From Clostridia bacterium (lineage in GTDB: Bacteria; Bacillota; Clostridia; Oscillospirales; CAG-272): a DNA stretch of 64,000 bases. Both the position numbers and the translations under genes were made by a program. The stretch is from positions 7,043-71,042 of the forward strand of contig JAFQFS010000170.1 of the NCBI GenBank assembly GCA_017398585.1, read 5' to 3'. Positions 19,325-28,769 of the stretch are shown here, one piece after another. How positions within the stretch are numbered: the stretch's first letter is position 1; every line of letters starts with the position of its first letter. Below the pieces are notes generated by a model. That model had not been told where the DNA came from, searched no databases, and was given only the letters and a program-made list of their open reading frames with translations.

Positions 19325-22300
19325 ATGGCGCAGACGAAAAACAATACAAAAAACTCCGGAACGAAAGCAAAAACCTCCTCCGCATCCAAGACAAAATCGA
19401 AAAATACAGTCAAAAAAGAGACCGAACCCAAAACGAAGAAACCCTCTGCACGGAAGGAGGAATCTCCCGTGCGGGAAGAACGTGCGGAGACTCCTTATGA
19501 AGAAGGGTTCGTCCATCAGCTGACCCCGTATTTCATCTCCCTGTTTGCACTCCTCCTCGCAATCTGCATCATCGCCGGTGAAGGGAAGATCGGCGGCGGC
19601 ATCCGCGGCGTTCTTGCCGGACTGTTTTCCGGTGCCGCATACGTACTGCCCGTGTTCATCCTTGTCCGTGCCCTGACGTGGCGGCGGGACATCGAGGATG
19701 GTGCATTTGCCGCACGGTCGGCATGCATGGGCGTTGTGTACATACTGCTTGCGATGCTGCTTCACATTCTCGGCGGCGGCGCGGCGACGCTTGCCCCCGT
19801 TGTCCACTTTGCGGACGGTCAGGAATTTGTCGGCGGCGGCTTCTTCGGCGGTCTGTTCGGAGAACTGCTTGTCCGCGGCTTCGGAAAGGTGTGTTCGCTC
19901 ATTATCCTGTTTGCCGCGATGATTCTTCTGATCCTCTACGTTGCCGGCATGACGCCGCGCAGCGTGTGTATCTATATGGCATATAAGATCAAAGTCGCGC
20001 TCGACCGCCGGCGGGAACGTCTCGCAGAACAGCAGAATCCCTCCCGGATGGAACAGCGGCGTGTACGCGAGGAAGAATACCTCGAATATCTCCGCGAAAA
20101 GAAGCGGCGCGAACGGGAGATGACGGCGCAGGAGCAGCAGGGAAATCCCGGCATGCCTGTACAGGATCCCGGCATGACCGTGATGACGCCCGCACCTACG
20201 GTGTACCGGGTGAAGCGGAGACGTATCGTTCAGCCGGACGATCAGATTCCCGACGGAACGATTCCGAACCCGCTCCCTCCGGAAGAACCCGCAGCACCGG
20301 AAGCATATAACAATGATTTTGAAGAAACCATCGTTTCGGGCGGACAGATCCTTGGACAGACAGCACCCGAAGAGATGTACGAACCGGAACAGACGGCTCC
20401 CGCGGTAAAGCCTGCCGGAAAAGAAGAAGCCGGAACGGACAGCGGTGCCGTGGATGAGCGCATTTTTGACGAAGTCATGCGCCGGACCCGCGAACGTATC
20501 GAAAAGAGCCGCCGTACGGAGGGCATCCGCGAAACGACGGTTGCAGAGAAAAAGAAGCCTGTACGTGCCGAAACGGTGATCACGGTGGACACCGCAACGG
20601 GTGAAGTGATCGAAGAACCGGAAGAAATCATGGAATCTCCCGTGATTCCCGCAGAAGTGATCGCGGAGGATCCGGCTCTTCCCGCCGAACTGTTCACGGA
20701 AGAACCGGAGTTTGGCGAAGGTCCTGAGGACGATTTTATTCCTGAGGAACCTCCGGTACGAAAGCCTGCCGTGCGGGAACGTGAAAAAGAACCGGATACC
20801 ACCGATACCGTCCGTCTGGCGGCGGAAGTTTCCGAGGTCGGAGACGCGGATGGCGGATACGACGTATCGAATATTTTCGTGAATCCCGAGGACGCCGAAC
20901 TGCTCGACAAGCTCTCGGAAGCGTACAAACAGAATAACGCTGCGTCCCTCGATGTCAAGCGCGGCGTGATCGCGAATGCCGCGACGCAGGAGGCACCGAA
21001 GGAAAAAGTGGTCGTGCCGGATTACAAATATCCGCCGGTCGAACTGCTGACCGAGGACACCTCCACGGGTGACGACGACATCAAGGAGGAACTGCAGGGC
21101 AATGCGGTCAAACTTGTTGAAACCCTCGAAAGCTTCAACGTCAAGACCAAGATTGAAAACGTTTCGCGCGGTCCGACGATCACGCGTTACGAACTGCTTC
21201 TCGAACGAGGTACGCGTGTGCGCTCCGTTACGAATCTCGTGGACGACATCGCGCTCAACCTCGCGACCAAGGGCGTGCGTATCGAAGCGCCGATCCCCGG
21301 AAAATCCGCGGTCGGCATCGAGGTCCCGAACAAGAACCAGTCGACCGTACACTTGCGGACGCTCATCTGCGACGAACGTTTTGTCAATGCCAAGAGCAAG
21401 CTGACGATCTGTCTCGGTGAGGACGTTGCGGGTGAGGCGGTGTACTTTGACATCGCGAAGTTCCCGCATCTGCTGATCGCCGGTACGACCGGTTCCGGTA
21501 AGTCGGTCTGCATCAACTCGATCATCATGAGCCTCCTGTACAAAGCGTCGCCGGAGGACGTGAAGATGATCCTCATCGACCCGAAGAAGGTCGAACTCAA
21601 CATTTACAACGGCATTCCGCATCTGCTGTCCCCCGTCATCAGCGATCCGAAGAAGGCGGCAGGTTCCCTGTCGTGGGCGGTCTCCGAAATGGAACGCCGC
21701 TTCGGACTGATCGAAGCGGTCGGCGTGCGCGATATCAACGCATACAACAAGATCACCAAGGACGACCCGGATTACGAATATATGAACCGCATCGTCATCA
21801 TTATCGACGAACTTGCGGATTTCATGATGACCGCGCCGGATGAGGTCGAAGACTCCATCTGCCGCATTGCACAGAAGGCGAGAGCGGCGGGTATGCACCT
21901 CATCATCGGTACGCAGCGTCCGTCGGTCAACGTCATTACCGGTCTCATCAAGGCGAACGTTCCGTCGAGAATCGCGTTTGCGGTTTCCGGTCAGGTGGAC
22001 TCGCGCGTTATCCTTGACAAAGTGGGCGCGGAGACGCTGATCGGTAAGGGCGACATGCTGTTCTCCCCGATCGGAGCGATGACGCCGACCCGTGTACAGG
22101 GCGCGTTTGTCTCCGAAGAGGATGTGGAAAAGGTCGTTTCGTACATCAAGAATATGAACCCCGGCGCGGACGGCGTATATTCTGAAGAAGTGCTCAAGCA
22201 GATTGAGGAAGAAGCAGCGAAGTGCGGGGCAGGGAAGAAGGGCGCTGCCGGATTCGGCGGTGCGGCTGTTTCCGGTTCCGCTGAGGACGACGGTGAAGGC

Positions 22301-22534
22301 GAAGATCCGATGCTGAAGGCGGCGGTCGAACTCGCCGTGGACACGGGCAAGATCTCGACATCCCTGATCCAGCGGAAGCTCTCGCTCGGTTACGGCCGCG
22401 CAGCAAAGCTGATCGACGTGATGGAAAATCTCGGTTACGTCAGCGCACCAGACGGCCAGAAACCGCGCAAGGTGCTGATTACCAAACAGCAGTACATGGA
22501 AATGGTGCTGAAAGACGAAGCACCGTTTGATTGA
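19325..22534 (+). CDS. ftsK: DNA translocase FtsK/SpoIIIE
   Basis: 1069 aa; Lys/Thr/Ser-rich N-terminus, 4 TM helices, long acidic/Pro linker, motor domain with GTTGSGKSV and IIIDELADF, C-terminal gamma wHTH ISTSLIQRKLSLGYGRAAKLID. Confidence 0.95.
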   Translation: MAQTKNNTKNSGTKAKTSSASKTKSKNTVKKETEPKTKKPSARKEESPVREERAETPYEEGFVHQLTPYFISLFALLLAICIIAGEGKIGGGIRGVLAGLFSGAAYVLPVFILVRALTWRRDIEDGAFAARSACMGVVYILLAMLLHILGGGAATLAPVVHFADGQEFVGGGFFGGLFGELLVRGFGKVCSLIILFAAMILLILYVAGMTPRSVCIYMAYKIKVALDRRRERLAEQQNPSRMEQRRVREEEYLEYLREKKRREREMTAQEQQGNPGMPVQDPGMTVMTPAPTVYRVKRRRIVQPDDQIPDGTIPNPLPPEEPAAPEAYNNDFEETIVSGGQILGQTAPEEMYEPEQTAPAVKPAGKEEAGTDSGAVDERIFDEVMRRTRERIEKSRRTEGIRETTVAEKKKPVRAETVITVDTATGEVIEEPEEIMESPVIPAEVIAEDPALPAELFTEEPEFGEGPEDDFIPEEPPVRKPAVREREKEPDTTDTVRLAAEVSEVGDADGGYDVSNIFVNPEDAELLDKLSEAYKQNNAASLDVKRGVIANAATQEAPKEKVVVPDYKYPPVELLTEDTSTGDDDIKEELQGNAVKLVETLESFNVKTKIENVSRGPTITRYELLLERGTRVRSVTNLVDDIALNLATKGVRIEAPIPGKSAVGIEVPNKNQSTVHLRTLICDERFVNAKSKLTICLGEDVAGEAVYFDIAKFPHLLIAGTTGSGKSVCINSIIMSLLYKASPEDVKMILIDPKKVELNIYNGIPHLLSPVISDPKKAAGSLSWAVSEMERRFGLIEAVGVRDINAYNKITKDDPDYEYMNRIVIIIDELADFMMTAPDEVEDSICRIAQKARAAGMHLIIGTQRPSVNVITGLIKANVPSRIAFAVSGQVDSRVILDKVGAETLIGKGDMLFSPIGAMTPTRVQGAFVSEEDVEKVVSYIKNMNPGADGVYSEEVLKQIEEEAAKCGAGKKGAAGFGGAAVSGSAEDDGEGEDPMLKAAVELAVDTGKISTSLIQRKLSLGYGRAAKLIDVMENLGYVSAPDGQKPRKVLITKQQYMEMVLKDEAPFD

Positions 22535-22539
22535 TTGGA

Positions 22540-22775
22540 GGAGACACTTGGGGAAACCTTTTTGCAAAAAGGTTTCCCCAAACCCCTTCCCAAAAACTTT
22601 AAACGATTGTGTTGACAAAGAACGTGCAGAGCGTTTGAATCCGTAATTTTGTAAGCTGAACAAAATCAAGGTATTCCAAATCTGCACCCAACCTTGTCTG
22701 TCCATTTCGTTCAGAAGTTTTTGAAGATGGGGTTTGGGGAAGGAACTTTTTTCAAAAAGTTCCTTCCCCAAGGAC
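22540..22775. repeat. NPR repeat, full-length composite copy (reverse orientation relative to 58447-58695 and 62296-62547)
   Basis: Hairpins 22548-22581 and 22733-22771, flanks ACCCCTTCCCAAAAACTTTAAAC / CAGAAGTTTTTGAAGATGGGG; core GTGCAGAGCG...GGTATTCCAAATCTGCAC is the reverse complement of the 62.4 kb core. Confidence 0.9.
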
Positions 22776-22783
22776 ATAGTTCT

Positions 22784-23455
22784 ATGAGTAAATTTATCGT
22801 ATTGGAAGGACTTGACGGAAGCGGGAAGGGGACACAGACCGCACTGCTCCGCGAGTACCTTGAAAAAAGCGGAAAGTGCGTCTGTGTGATCGACTTTCCG
22901 GCATACGGGACGCCCGGCGCGTCTCTGGTTGAGCTGTACCTCAACGGCGGTCTTGGCGAACGTCCGGACGATACCAACGCCTATGCGGCGTCCATGTTTT
23001 TTGCCGCCGACCGTTACGTCAGCTACGTCAACGAATGGAAAGCGGATTACGAAGATCCCGATACCTACGTGATCGCCAACCGTTACACCACGGCGAACGC
23101 GTATCACCAGATCTCGAAGCTTCCCGAAGACCAGTGGGACAGTTTCCTTGACTGGCTGTGGGATTTTGAATTCCGGCGGCTCGGTCTGCCGTCCCCCGAC
23201 CGTGTGCTCCTGCTCGATATGCCCGAGTCGGTCTCCGAATCGCTGGTATACCGCCGCAGCTCCGAGACCGGTGCACGTCTCGACATCCACGAAAAGGATA
23301 CCGCCTACCTGAAGCGCTGCCGTACCGCCGCGCACTATGTTGCCGGAAAATGCGGCTGGACGGTGGTTGAATGTGCCGGAGAGGGCATGTCGGAACCGTA
23401 TTCCCGTGATGAAATTGCGGAAAAGATCCGGTCGGCTATTGCGGATCTGTTGTGA
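22784..23455 (+). CDS. tmk: Thymidylate kinase family protein
   Basis: 223 aa from ATG at 22784; P-loop LEGLDGSGKGTQ, FPAYGTPGASLVELYLNG and AADRY regions typical of Firmicute dTMP kinases. Confidence 0.75.
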   Translation: MSKFIVLEGLDGSGKGTQTALLREYLEKSGKCVCVIDFPAYGTPGASLVELYLNGGLGERPDDTNAYAASMFFAADRYVSYVNEWKADYEDPDTYVIANRYTTANAYHQISKLPEDQWDSFLDWLWDFEFRRLGLPSPDRVLLLDMPESVSESLVYRRSSETGARLDIHEKDTAYLKRCRTAAHYVAGKCGWTVVECAGEGMSEPYSRDEIAEKIRSAIADLL

Positions 23456-23543
23456 TTTTTGTCGGGGATACCCCTGAAATTGTAAATTATAAATGAAAAT
23501 GCAAGATTGTTTATGGATTGTTAATCGCTTTTCTGCGTAATAA

Positions 23544-23552
23544 TGGTATAAT
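23544..23552 (+). promoter_or_regulatory. extended -10 element upstream of the DJ-1 gene
   Basis: TGGTATAAT; no convincing -35 box. Confidence 0.35.
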
Positions 23553-23605
23553 AGGGTTTATAATAAAAGGTATAAAGAATCTTGGCATTGTATTGGAGAC
23601 AGATT

Positions 23606-24163
23606 ATGATACTGGAATTTTTAGCACCCGGGTTTGAGGAGATCGAAGCCCTCGCACCCGTTGACATCCTCCGCCGTGCGGGGCTTGAGATTCGTACCGT
23701 CGCGATCACGGAGCAGGGAACGGCGGTATGCGGTTCCCACAACATTCCCGTGACTGCCGACCTGACCGCAGACGAAGCCCTTGCGCTCGCGGAAACCGAA
23801 TCTATTGATATGATTATCCTGCCCGGCGGCATGCCGGGAGCTGCCAACCTTGACGTTTCGGATACCGTACAGTTCTTCCTCGACAAAGCCGTCGCGGAAG
23901 GCGCGTACATCGCGTCCATCTGCGCCGCTCCGATGATCCCCGGCAAGCGCGGTCTGCTGAACGGACGCCGCGCGACCTGTTACCCCGGTTTTGAACAGTA
24001 CCTCGACGGTGCGGACTATACCGGCGGACGTGTGGAAATCGACGGAAAATTTGTCACTGCATGCGGAATGGGCGCGGCGGTCGAATTCGGTCTGGCACTT
24101 ACAGCAATCCTGAAAGGAGAACAGGCAGCGGAAACCATCGCCTCTGCCGTATTTGCAAAATGA
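23606..24163 (+). CDS. DJ-1/PfpI family protein
   Basis: 185 aa from ATG at 23606 (GGAGA RBS); nucleophile elbow IASICAAP. Confidence 0.85.
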   Translation: MILEFLAPGFEEIEALAPVDILRRAGLEIRTVAITEQGTAVCGSHNIPVTADLTADEALALAETESIDMIILPGGMPGAANLDVSDTVQFFLDKAVAEGAYIASICAAPMIPGKRGLLNGRRATCYPGFEQYLDGADYTGGRVEIDGKFVTACGMGAAVEFGLALTAILKGEQAAETIASAVFAK

Positions 24164-24768
24164 TCAAGAAACAGAAAGACGACATCCGGGAAGAATACAA
24201 AGAGATCCGCCGGCAGATGTCCGCGGAAGAAAAGCAGAAGCGTGACGCTGCCATCTGCGCGGCTGCGGAAAATCTCGTCAGCTTCCGCTATGCCGAATAT
24301 GTGCTTCTCTACGCCGCAACGTCCGATGAAATCGACGTATCCGCCATCGCGGAAGCGGCATTCGCAAAGGGCAAGAAGGTCCTCTTCCCCCGCTGCGACA
24401 AGAAGACCCACACCATGAAATACCACGAGGTCAAGTCCCTCGACGAGCTGCAGCCCGATGCCTACGGCATCTGCGAGCCGCCGGAGGAAAACCCTGTTTA
24501 CGATGCACAGCGCGATACCGGCGGGGCCGTCTGCTTCGTTCCGGGACTGGTCTACGATAAGGCAGGCTACCGTCTTGGCTACGGAAAGGGCTTCTACGAC
24601 CGTTATCTCTCTGCGTTTTCCGGCTGTACGATCGGTGTGGTCTACTCTGACTACATTCTGAACGAAGTGCCGCGCGGACGTTTTGACGTATCCGTTGACA
24701 TTCTTCTTACCGAAAAGGGAGTTCGTGTCACCAAAGATCCGAAAAAGACACATCCCGGAAAGGCGTAA
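24160..24768 (+). CDS. 5-formyltetrahydrofolate cyclo-ligase
   Basis: 202 aa; ATGA overlap with the upstream stop; GLVYDKAGYRLGYGKGFYDRYL motif. Confidence 0.9.
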   Translation: MIKKQKDDIREEYKEIRRQMSAEEKQKRDAAICAAAENLVSFRYAEYVLLYAATSDEIDVSAIAEAAFAKGKKVLFPRCDKKTHTMKYHEVKSLDELQPDAYGICEPPEENPVYDAQRDTGGAVCFVPGLVYDKAGYRLGYGKGFYDRYLSAFSGCTIGVVYSDYILNEVPRGRFDVSVDILLTEKGVRVTKDPKKTHPGKA

Positions 24769-24770
24769 TT

Positions 24771-25709
24771 TTGCCTGAACGAGTCAAACCGAAAGCGACG
24801 ATGTTCACGCCGGTGCTGGTTCTCGTGGTGTTCCTCGCCATTCTTGCGGCGAGGTTCCTTTCCGCGGAAACACTCGGCCTGGACGAAAATCCGTATCTTG
24901 CGGTCGTCGTGATCCAGCTGGTGACGTACGCTGTTCCGGCGGTTTTCTACTATAAGATCCGTGGACGGGAGTTCGCGCCGAAAGTGCGTCTCCGGATGTT
25001 CCGGTCTTCGCACATTCTGTACCTGTTCCACACGACGGTGTTCCTGATCTCGGGCGTCATGCTGCTGAGTATTCTGATGTACTCGCTGACCCCGGAGTCT
25101 TTTGCCTCCGCATCTTCCGCGGACTACGCATCCTTTGCGATGAACCAGCGTTTTTTCGACGGCATGTACCTTGTCCTCGCCTTTGCGGTTCTGCCGGCGG
25201 CGACGGAGGAATTTCTGTTCCGCGGGATCGTGATCGGGGAATACGAGCGCTACGGAGCGTCCGTCGCAGTGGCGGCGAGTGCGATGATGTTTGCGATGTC
25301 GCACTTCAGTCTGGCGCGGTTCCCGGTCTATCTGTTTTCCGGTATCGTGCTTGCGCTGGCTACATATGCCACACGTTCCGTCGCAGCATCCGTTCTCATC
25401 CATGCGCTGAACAACGCGGCGGTACTGCTTTGTGAAAAATATGTGCTGAACATTGTGGACAAGCAGAACGTGAGCATGACCCTGCTGCTGCTCCTTCTTC
25501 TGGCAGCGGCAATCCTTTCCGCGATGCTGATGTGTTTTGAAGCATCCGGCATCTACCGCGACATGGCACAGGCGAACGTCCCGTCGGAGTATGTCAGCCA
25601 TCCCGACCGGAAGCGGACGATTTTTGTCCGTCTTGCGGACGCATTCCTTACCCCGACCTTTTTGCTCCTTGTGATTCTTTTTGTCGTGGTAACACTGATG
25701 GATTTATAA
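24771..25709 (+). CDS. CPBP family intramembrane glutamic endopeptidase
   Basis: Polytopic ORF with EEFLFRG, FAMSHF and IHALNN motifs; TTG start at 24771 (GGAAAGG RBS) preferred, ATG at 24801 possible. Confidence 0.8.
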   Translation: MPERVKPKATMFTPVLVLVVFLAILAARFLSAETLGLDENPYLAVVVIQLVTYAVPAVFYYKIRGREFAPKVRLRMFRSSHILYLFHTTVFLISGVMLLSILMYSLTPESFASASSADYASFAMNQRFFDGMYLVLAFAVLPAATEEFLFRGIVIGEYERYGASVAVAASAMMFAMSHFSLARFPVYLFSGIVLALATYATRSVAASVLIHALNNAAVLLCEKYVLNIVDKQNVSMTLLLLLLLAAAILSAMLMCFEASGIYRDMAQANVPSEYVSHPDRKRTIFVRLADAFLTPTFLLLVILFVVVTLMDL

Positions 25710-25731
25710 AACGACCTCAGAATATAGAGAG

Positions 25732-27471
25732 GTGATTGTTACGGATAACTACAACAATTCCGGCAGAATGCCGGGAAATACGATGAACCGGTCCGGAAAC
25801 GGTCAGCCGGTACGTCCGCAGGGAAACGTCCCGGCGGATCCGCGCATCCGCATGAACGGGGCGGGAGCAGCCAATGCGGCACACCGCCCGGTGAATCCGC
25901 AGCCTGCGGGGAATTCAGCAAGGCCTGCAAATCCGGTAAATTCCGTGAACCGTACCCCTGCCGGAAATCCCGGAAATCCGGCACAGACACCGAACCGGGT
26001 GCAGGCTCCGATCAGCGGACAGCCTCCGGTACGGCGTACTCCGGTACAGAATCCGGCGCAGAGCGGTGCGGGAAATTCTTCCGTTCACGTCGCGTCTGCG
26101 GCAAATCCGCAGAGTGTGCGGGAGGTGCAGAATATGCCGGCTTCGGCGCCGGTCAGCGCGAAGAAGCCGCCGGAACCGGTGAGACCGGTGCCGACACCCC
26201 AGCCGGTACAGCGGAAATTCCCGGAAGACGGTCTGATGCGCACCAAGACGACGGCTCTGGCTCCGGCACCTTCCGTCAAAGCCGCTTCTTCTGTGAAGAA
26301 AACGGAGAAATCCAAAAAAGCCGAAAAGAAAGAACGCGAATATGCCGGAAGTGACGAAGGCGGCAACACGGTCGTCAGCGTCATCAAGGCGGTGGTTTAT
26401 ATTATTTTTGTGCTGATCGTGTCGGTCTTCCTGTCGATCACGGTGATTGCCGTGGCGAATGATATTTACGCGTTCGTGAAGTCAGACGAAGTGGTGGAAG
26501 TCACCATTCCCGAATACGCGACGCTCGAGGAAGTATCGGAGATCCTGTACAAAAATGATATTATCAAATATCCGACGATCTTCAAGCTGTTCGCGGTGGC
26601 GGAACACGACAACGGCGAATTCCTTGCCGGAACGTATTCCGTGACCCCGATGATGAACTACACCACGCTGCTCGGGGAATTCAAGGAAAAGCCGGTCAGC
26701 GGCGTTGCAAGAATCACGATCCCCGAAGGTTATTCGACGGACGAGATCATCAATCTGATGGTAGCGAACGGCATCGGTACGCGTGAGGGGTACGAAGACG
26801 TCATCCAGAATTACGACTTCGACTACTGGTTCATCGACGAACTGGAAGCGAGCGGACGGACGGCGAACCGTCTGTACCGCCTGGACGGCTATTTGTTCCC
26901 GGATACCTACGAGTTCTACAAGAACTCCAGCGAAGCGACGGTTATAGGTAAATTGCTGAAACGGTTCAGCCAGATCTTCACGCGCGAATACCGCGACCAG
27001 TGCGCGGCGCTCGGCTACTCGGTCGACCAGATGATCACGCTTGCGTCGATGATCGAAAAAGAAGCGGCATCCCCGTCGGAATTCTTCTGGGTATCCTCGG
27101 TCTTCCATAACCGACTGAACAACCCGTGGTCGTTCCCGAAACTGGAAAGTGACGCGACGGTGCTCTACATCATCGCGCACGATAAAGGCGAACGTCCGAA
27201 GACGGTCACCCCGGAAGATCTGCAGTATCAGACGCTGTACAACACGTACATGTACGAAGGACTCCCGCCGGGACCGATTGCGAACCCCAGTGCGAGTGCG
27301 CTTCTTGCGGCGCTCTCTCCCGTATCGAGCGATTACTACTATTTCTATTATATGTCCAGTCTCGGCAGAACCGTCTACTCGGCAACCAAGCCCGAGCACG
27401 ACGCATACATTGCCCAGGACAAACAGGGCACACAGCAGACCACCGGCGACGTCCCCGAAGTGACGCCGTGA
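25732..27471 (+). CDS. mltG: Endolytic murein transglycosylase MltG (YceG-like) with long Pro/Asn/Ala-rich N-terminus
   Basis: C-terminal YceG domain with LASMIEKEA catalytic region; one TM helix; start uncertain (GTG 25732, ATG 25768 or 25783). Confidence 0.88.
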   Translation: MIVTDNYNNSGRMPGNTMNRSGNGQPVRPQGNVPADPRIRMNGAGAANAAHRPVNPQPAGNSARPANPVNSVNRTPAGNPGNPAQTPNRVQAPISGQPPVRRTPVQNPAQSGAGNSSVHVASAANPQSVREVQNMPASAPVSAKKPPEPVRPVPTPQPVQRKFPEDGLMRTKTTALAPAPSVKAASSVKKTEKSKKAEKKEREYAGSDEGGNTVVSVIKAVVYIIFVLIVSVFLSITVIAVANDIYAFVKSDEVVEVTIPEYATLEEVSEILYKNDIIKYPTIFKLFAVAEHDNGEFLAGTYSVTPMMNYTTLLGEFKEKPVSGVARITIPEGYSTDEIINLMVANGIGTREGYEDVIQNYDFDYWFIDELEASGRTANRLYRLDGYLFPDTYEFYKNSSEATVIGKLLKRFSQIFTREYRDQCAALGYSVDQMITLASMIEKEAASPSEFFWVSSVFHNRLNNPWSFPKLESDATVLYIIAHDKGERPKTVTPEDLQYQTLYNTYMYEGLPPGPIANPSASALLAALSPVSSDYYYFYYMSSLGRTVYSATKPEHDAYIAQDKQGTQQTTGDVPEVTP

Positions 27472-27473
27472 CG

Positions 27474-27555
27474 TGGAAAATTGAGTTTTTCGGGGAAAAC
27501 CTTTTTGAGGAAAAGGTTTTCCCCGAACCCCTTTCCAAAACCTTTTGGAACCGGG
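27474..27555. repeat. NPR repeat, solo unit immediately after the mltG stop
   Basis: Outer arm GGAAAATTGAGTTTTT + CGGGGAAAACCTTTTTGAGGAAAAGGTTTTCCCCG + flank CCCCTTTCCAAAACCTTTTGGAA (self-pairing TTCCAAAA/TTTTGGAA). Confidence 0.9.
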
Positions 27556-27583
27556 AAGAAGATTGAATTCAGTTTGTACGGAG

Positions 27584-27607
27584 TTGGGGTTATCCCAATA
27601 TTTTTTT
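27584..27607 (+). terminator. weak rho-independent terminator candidate
   Basis: TTGGG / CCCAA 5-bp stem, 5-nt loop, followed by a T7 tract. Confidence 0.35.
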
Positions 27608-27609
27608 GT

Positions 27610-27840
27610 TTAACGTGAGTTCGACGGGGAGAAACTTTTTGAAAAAAGTTTCCGAGTTTGCGAAGTAAACTCGTCCAAACCCCTCCTCAAAAACTTTCAG
27701 GCAAATGAAATAACAAGGTACAGTGTAAATCTAACAAAAAAATTGCACAAACTTTGTCATTTTATCCAGTTTAAAGTTTTTTGAAAAGGGTTCGGGGAAA
27801 ACTTTTTTTCAAAAAAGTTTTCCCCGAGAACTCCATCGAA
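27610..27840. repeat. NPR repeat, full-length composite copy (diverged)
   Basis: Left hairpin GGGGAGAAACTTTTTGAAAAAAGTTTCC interrupted by a 19-nt mini-hairpin (27654-27672); right hairpin CGGGGAAAACTTTTTTTCAAAAAAGTTTTCCCCG; shorter core with GTGTAAAT / ATTGCAC boxes. Confidence 0.85.
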
Positions 27841-27870
27841 CTTACGTTTGTTTATGTGGAAACGGCTGAG

Positions 27871-28719
27871 TCAGACGGATTCGCTCTGTCCGGCGAACCA
27901 GAGTTTGTTGACTTCCGCACCGAGGAGCAGGATGATCATGCAGAAATACAGCCACAGCATGATGAGACAGACGGCGGCAAGGCTGCCGTAGATGTAAGAT
28001 GCGGACGGAAAATGCGTGATATAAAGGGAATAAAAATACGAAAACAGCGTCCAGCCGACGGAGCTGAATACGGCACCGGGAAGATGCGGCAGGATCCCGT
28101 TTTTCACGCGGGTACTGCGTCTGGCGGTGGATGAATACATAACGGTGAACAGGATGCACAGTGCCGCGGTGAACAGCGGCGTGCGCAGTCGCATGATGAG
28201 ATCGGAGATTTTTGCAATGCGCAGCCATTTGACGACCAGATCGCCGAAGAGCATCAACGTCACGGCGGCAGTAATGACCGCGATGAAGATGAGTGTGCTG
28301 ACGAGAGATTTGATCCGGTGGGCAAAGAATCCTTTGGAACGCCCGGCGAGGTAGACAAGTTCAAGTCCGCTCCGGATGGCGGAGATCCCGCGCGACGCAC
28401 TCCACAGGGTCGTCACAGCGGAAACGGACAGCAGCGGAACGTTCGGCGCAGTGCGCAGATCATCGATCACGGTATCGAACAGGACAGAAAATCCTTCGGG
28501 GACTGGAAGTCCCGTGAGAACGTCCGGCAGATCCGAAGGAAGAACGAGTCCCGCGATGGAGATCAGCAGCGAAAGAAACGGAACGGCGGAAATGATGACG
28601 AAAAACGACGCCTGCGCAGCGTACACGGTCACCTTGTCGCCGGCAATTTGTGAAACGATCCGCCGCACACACAGAATCGCCGCGCGAAGTCCGTACACAT
28701 GGGATTTCAAGCAAAACAC
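27871..28719 (-). CDS. YihY/BrkB family membrane protein
   Basis: 282-aa polytopic ORF; N-terminal VTVYAAQASFFVIISAVPFLSLL region typical of YihY. Confidence 0.85.
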   Translation of the reverse strand: MFCLKSHVYGLRAAILCVRRIVSQIAGDKVTVYAAQASFFVIISAVPFLSLLISIAGLVLPSDLPDVLTGLPVPEGFSVLFDTVIDDLRTAPNVPLLSVSAVTTLWSASRGISAIRSGLELVYLAGRSKGFFAHRIKSLVSTLIFIAVITAAVTLMLFGDLVVKWLRIAKISDLIMRLRTPLFTAALCILFTVMYSSTARRSTRVKNGILPHLPGAVFSSVGWTLFSYFYSLYITHFPSASYIYGSLAAVCLIMLWLYFCMIILLLGAEVNKLWFAGQSESV

Positions 28720-28769
28720 CTCATTATAATATACTATAAATTCACAGCAAGCAATATTAATTCCATAAT

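Noticed and set aside
22621-22690. A tRNA-like T-arm resemblance (GCGTTTGAATCC / GGATTCGGAATACC) in the repeat cores.
   Set aside because: No acceptor stem, D-arm or anticodon arm can be drawn. The motif is part of the core inverted repeat. No tRNA or rRNA genes were found anywhere in the window.
19181-23335. Very long antisense ORFs: 1384 aa at 19181-23335 (-). Others are 8759-10834 (+), 15561-17774 (+), 58774-61905 (+), 6931-8841 (-), 4712-6085 (-), 5943-7211 (-), 51740-53344 (+), 17774-19261 (+), 31422-32867 (-) and 3024-3998 (-).
   Set aside because: Each lies exactly opposite a strongly motif-supported gene (ftsK, EF-G-like, GH3, transglutaminase, atpD/atpA/atpG, glpA-like, GH109-like, gatB, atpF). 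Each has Arg/Gly/Val/Asp-rich composition without any recognisable motif. They are typical shadow ORFs of GC-rich coding DNA.
23456-23480. GGGGATACCCC after the tmk-like gene as a terminator.
   Set aside because: It has only a 4-bp stem with a 3-nt loop and no T-tract, which is too weak to call.
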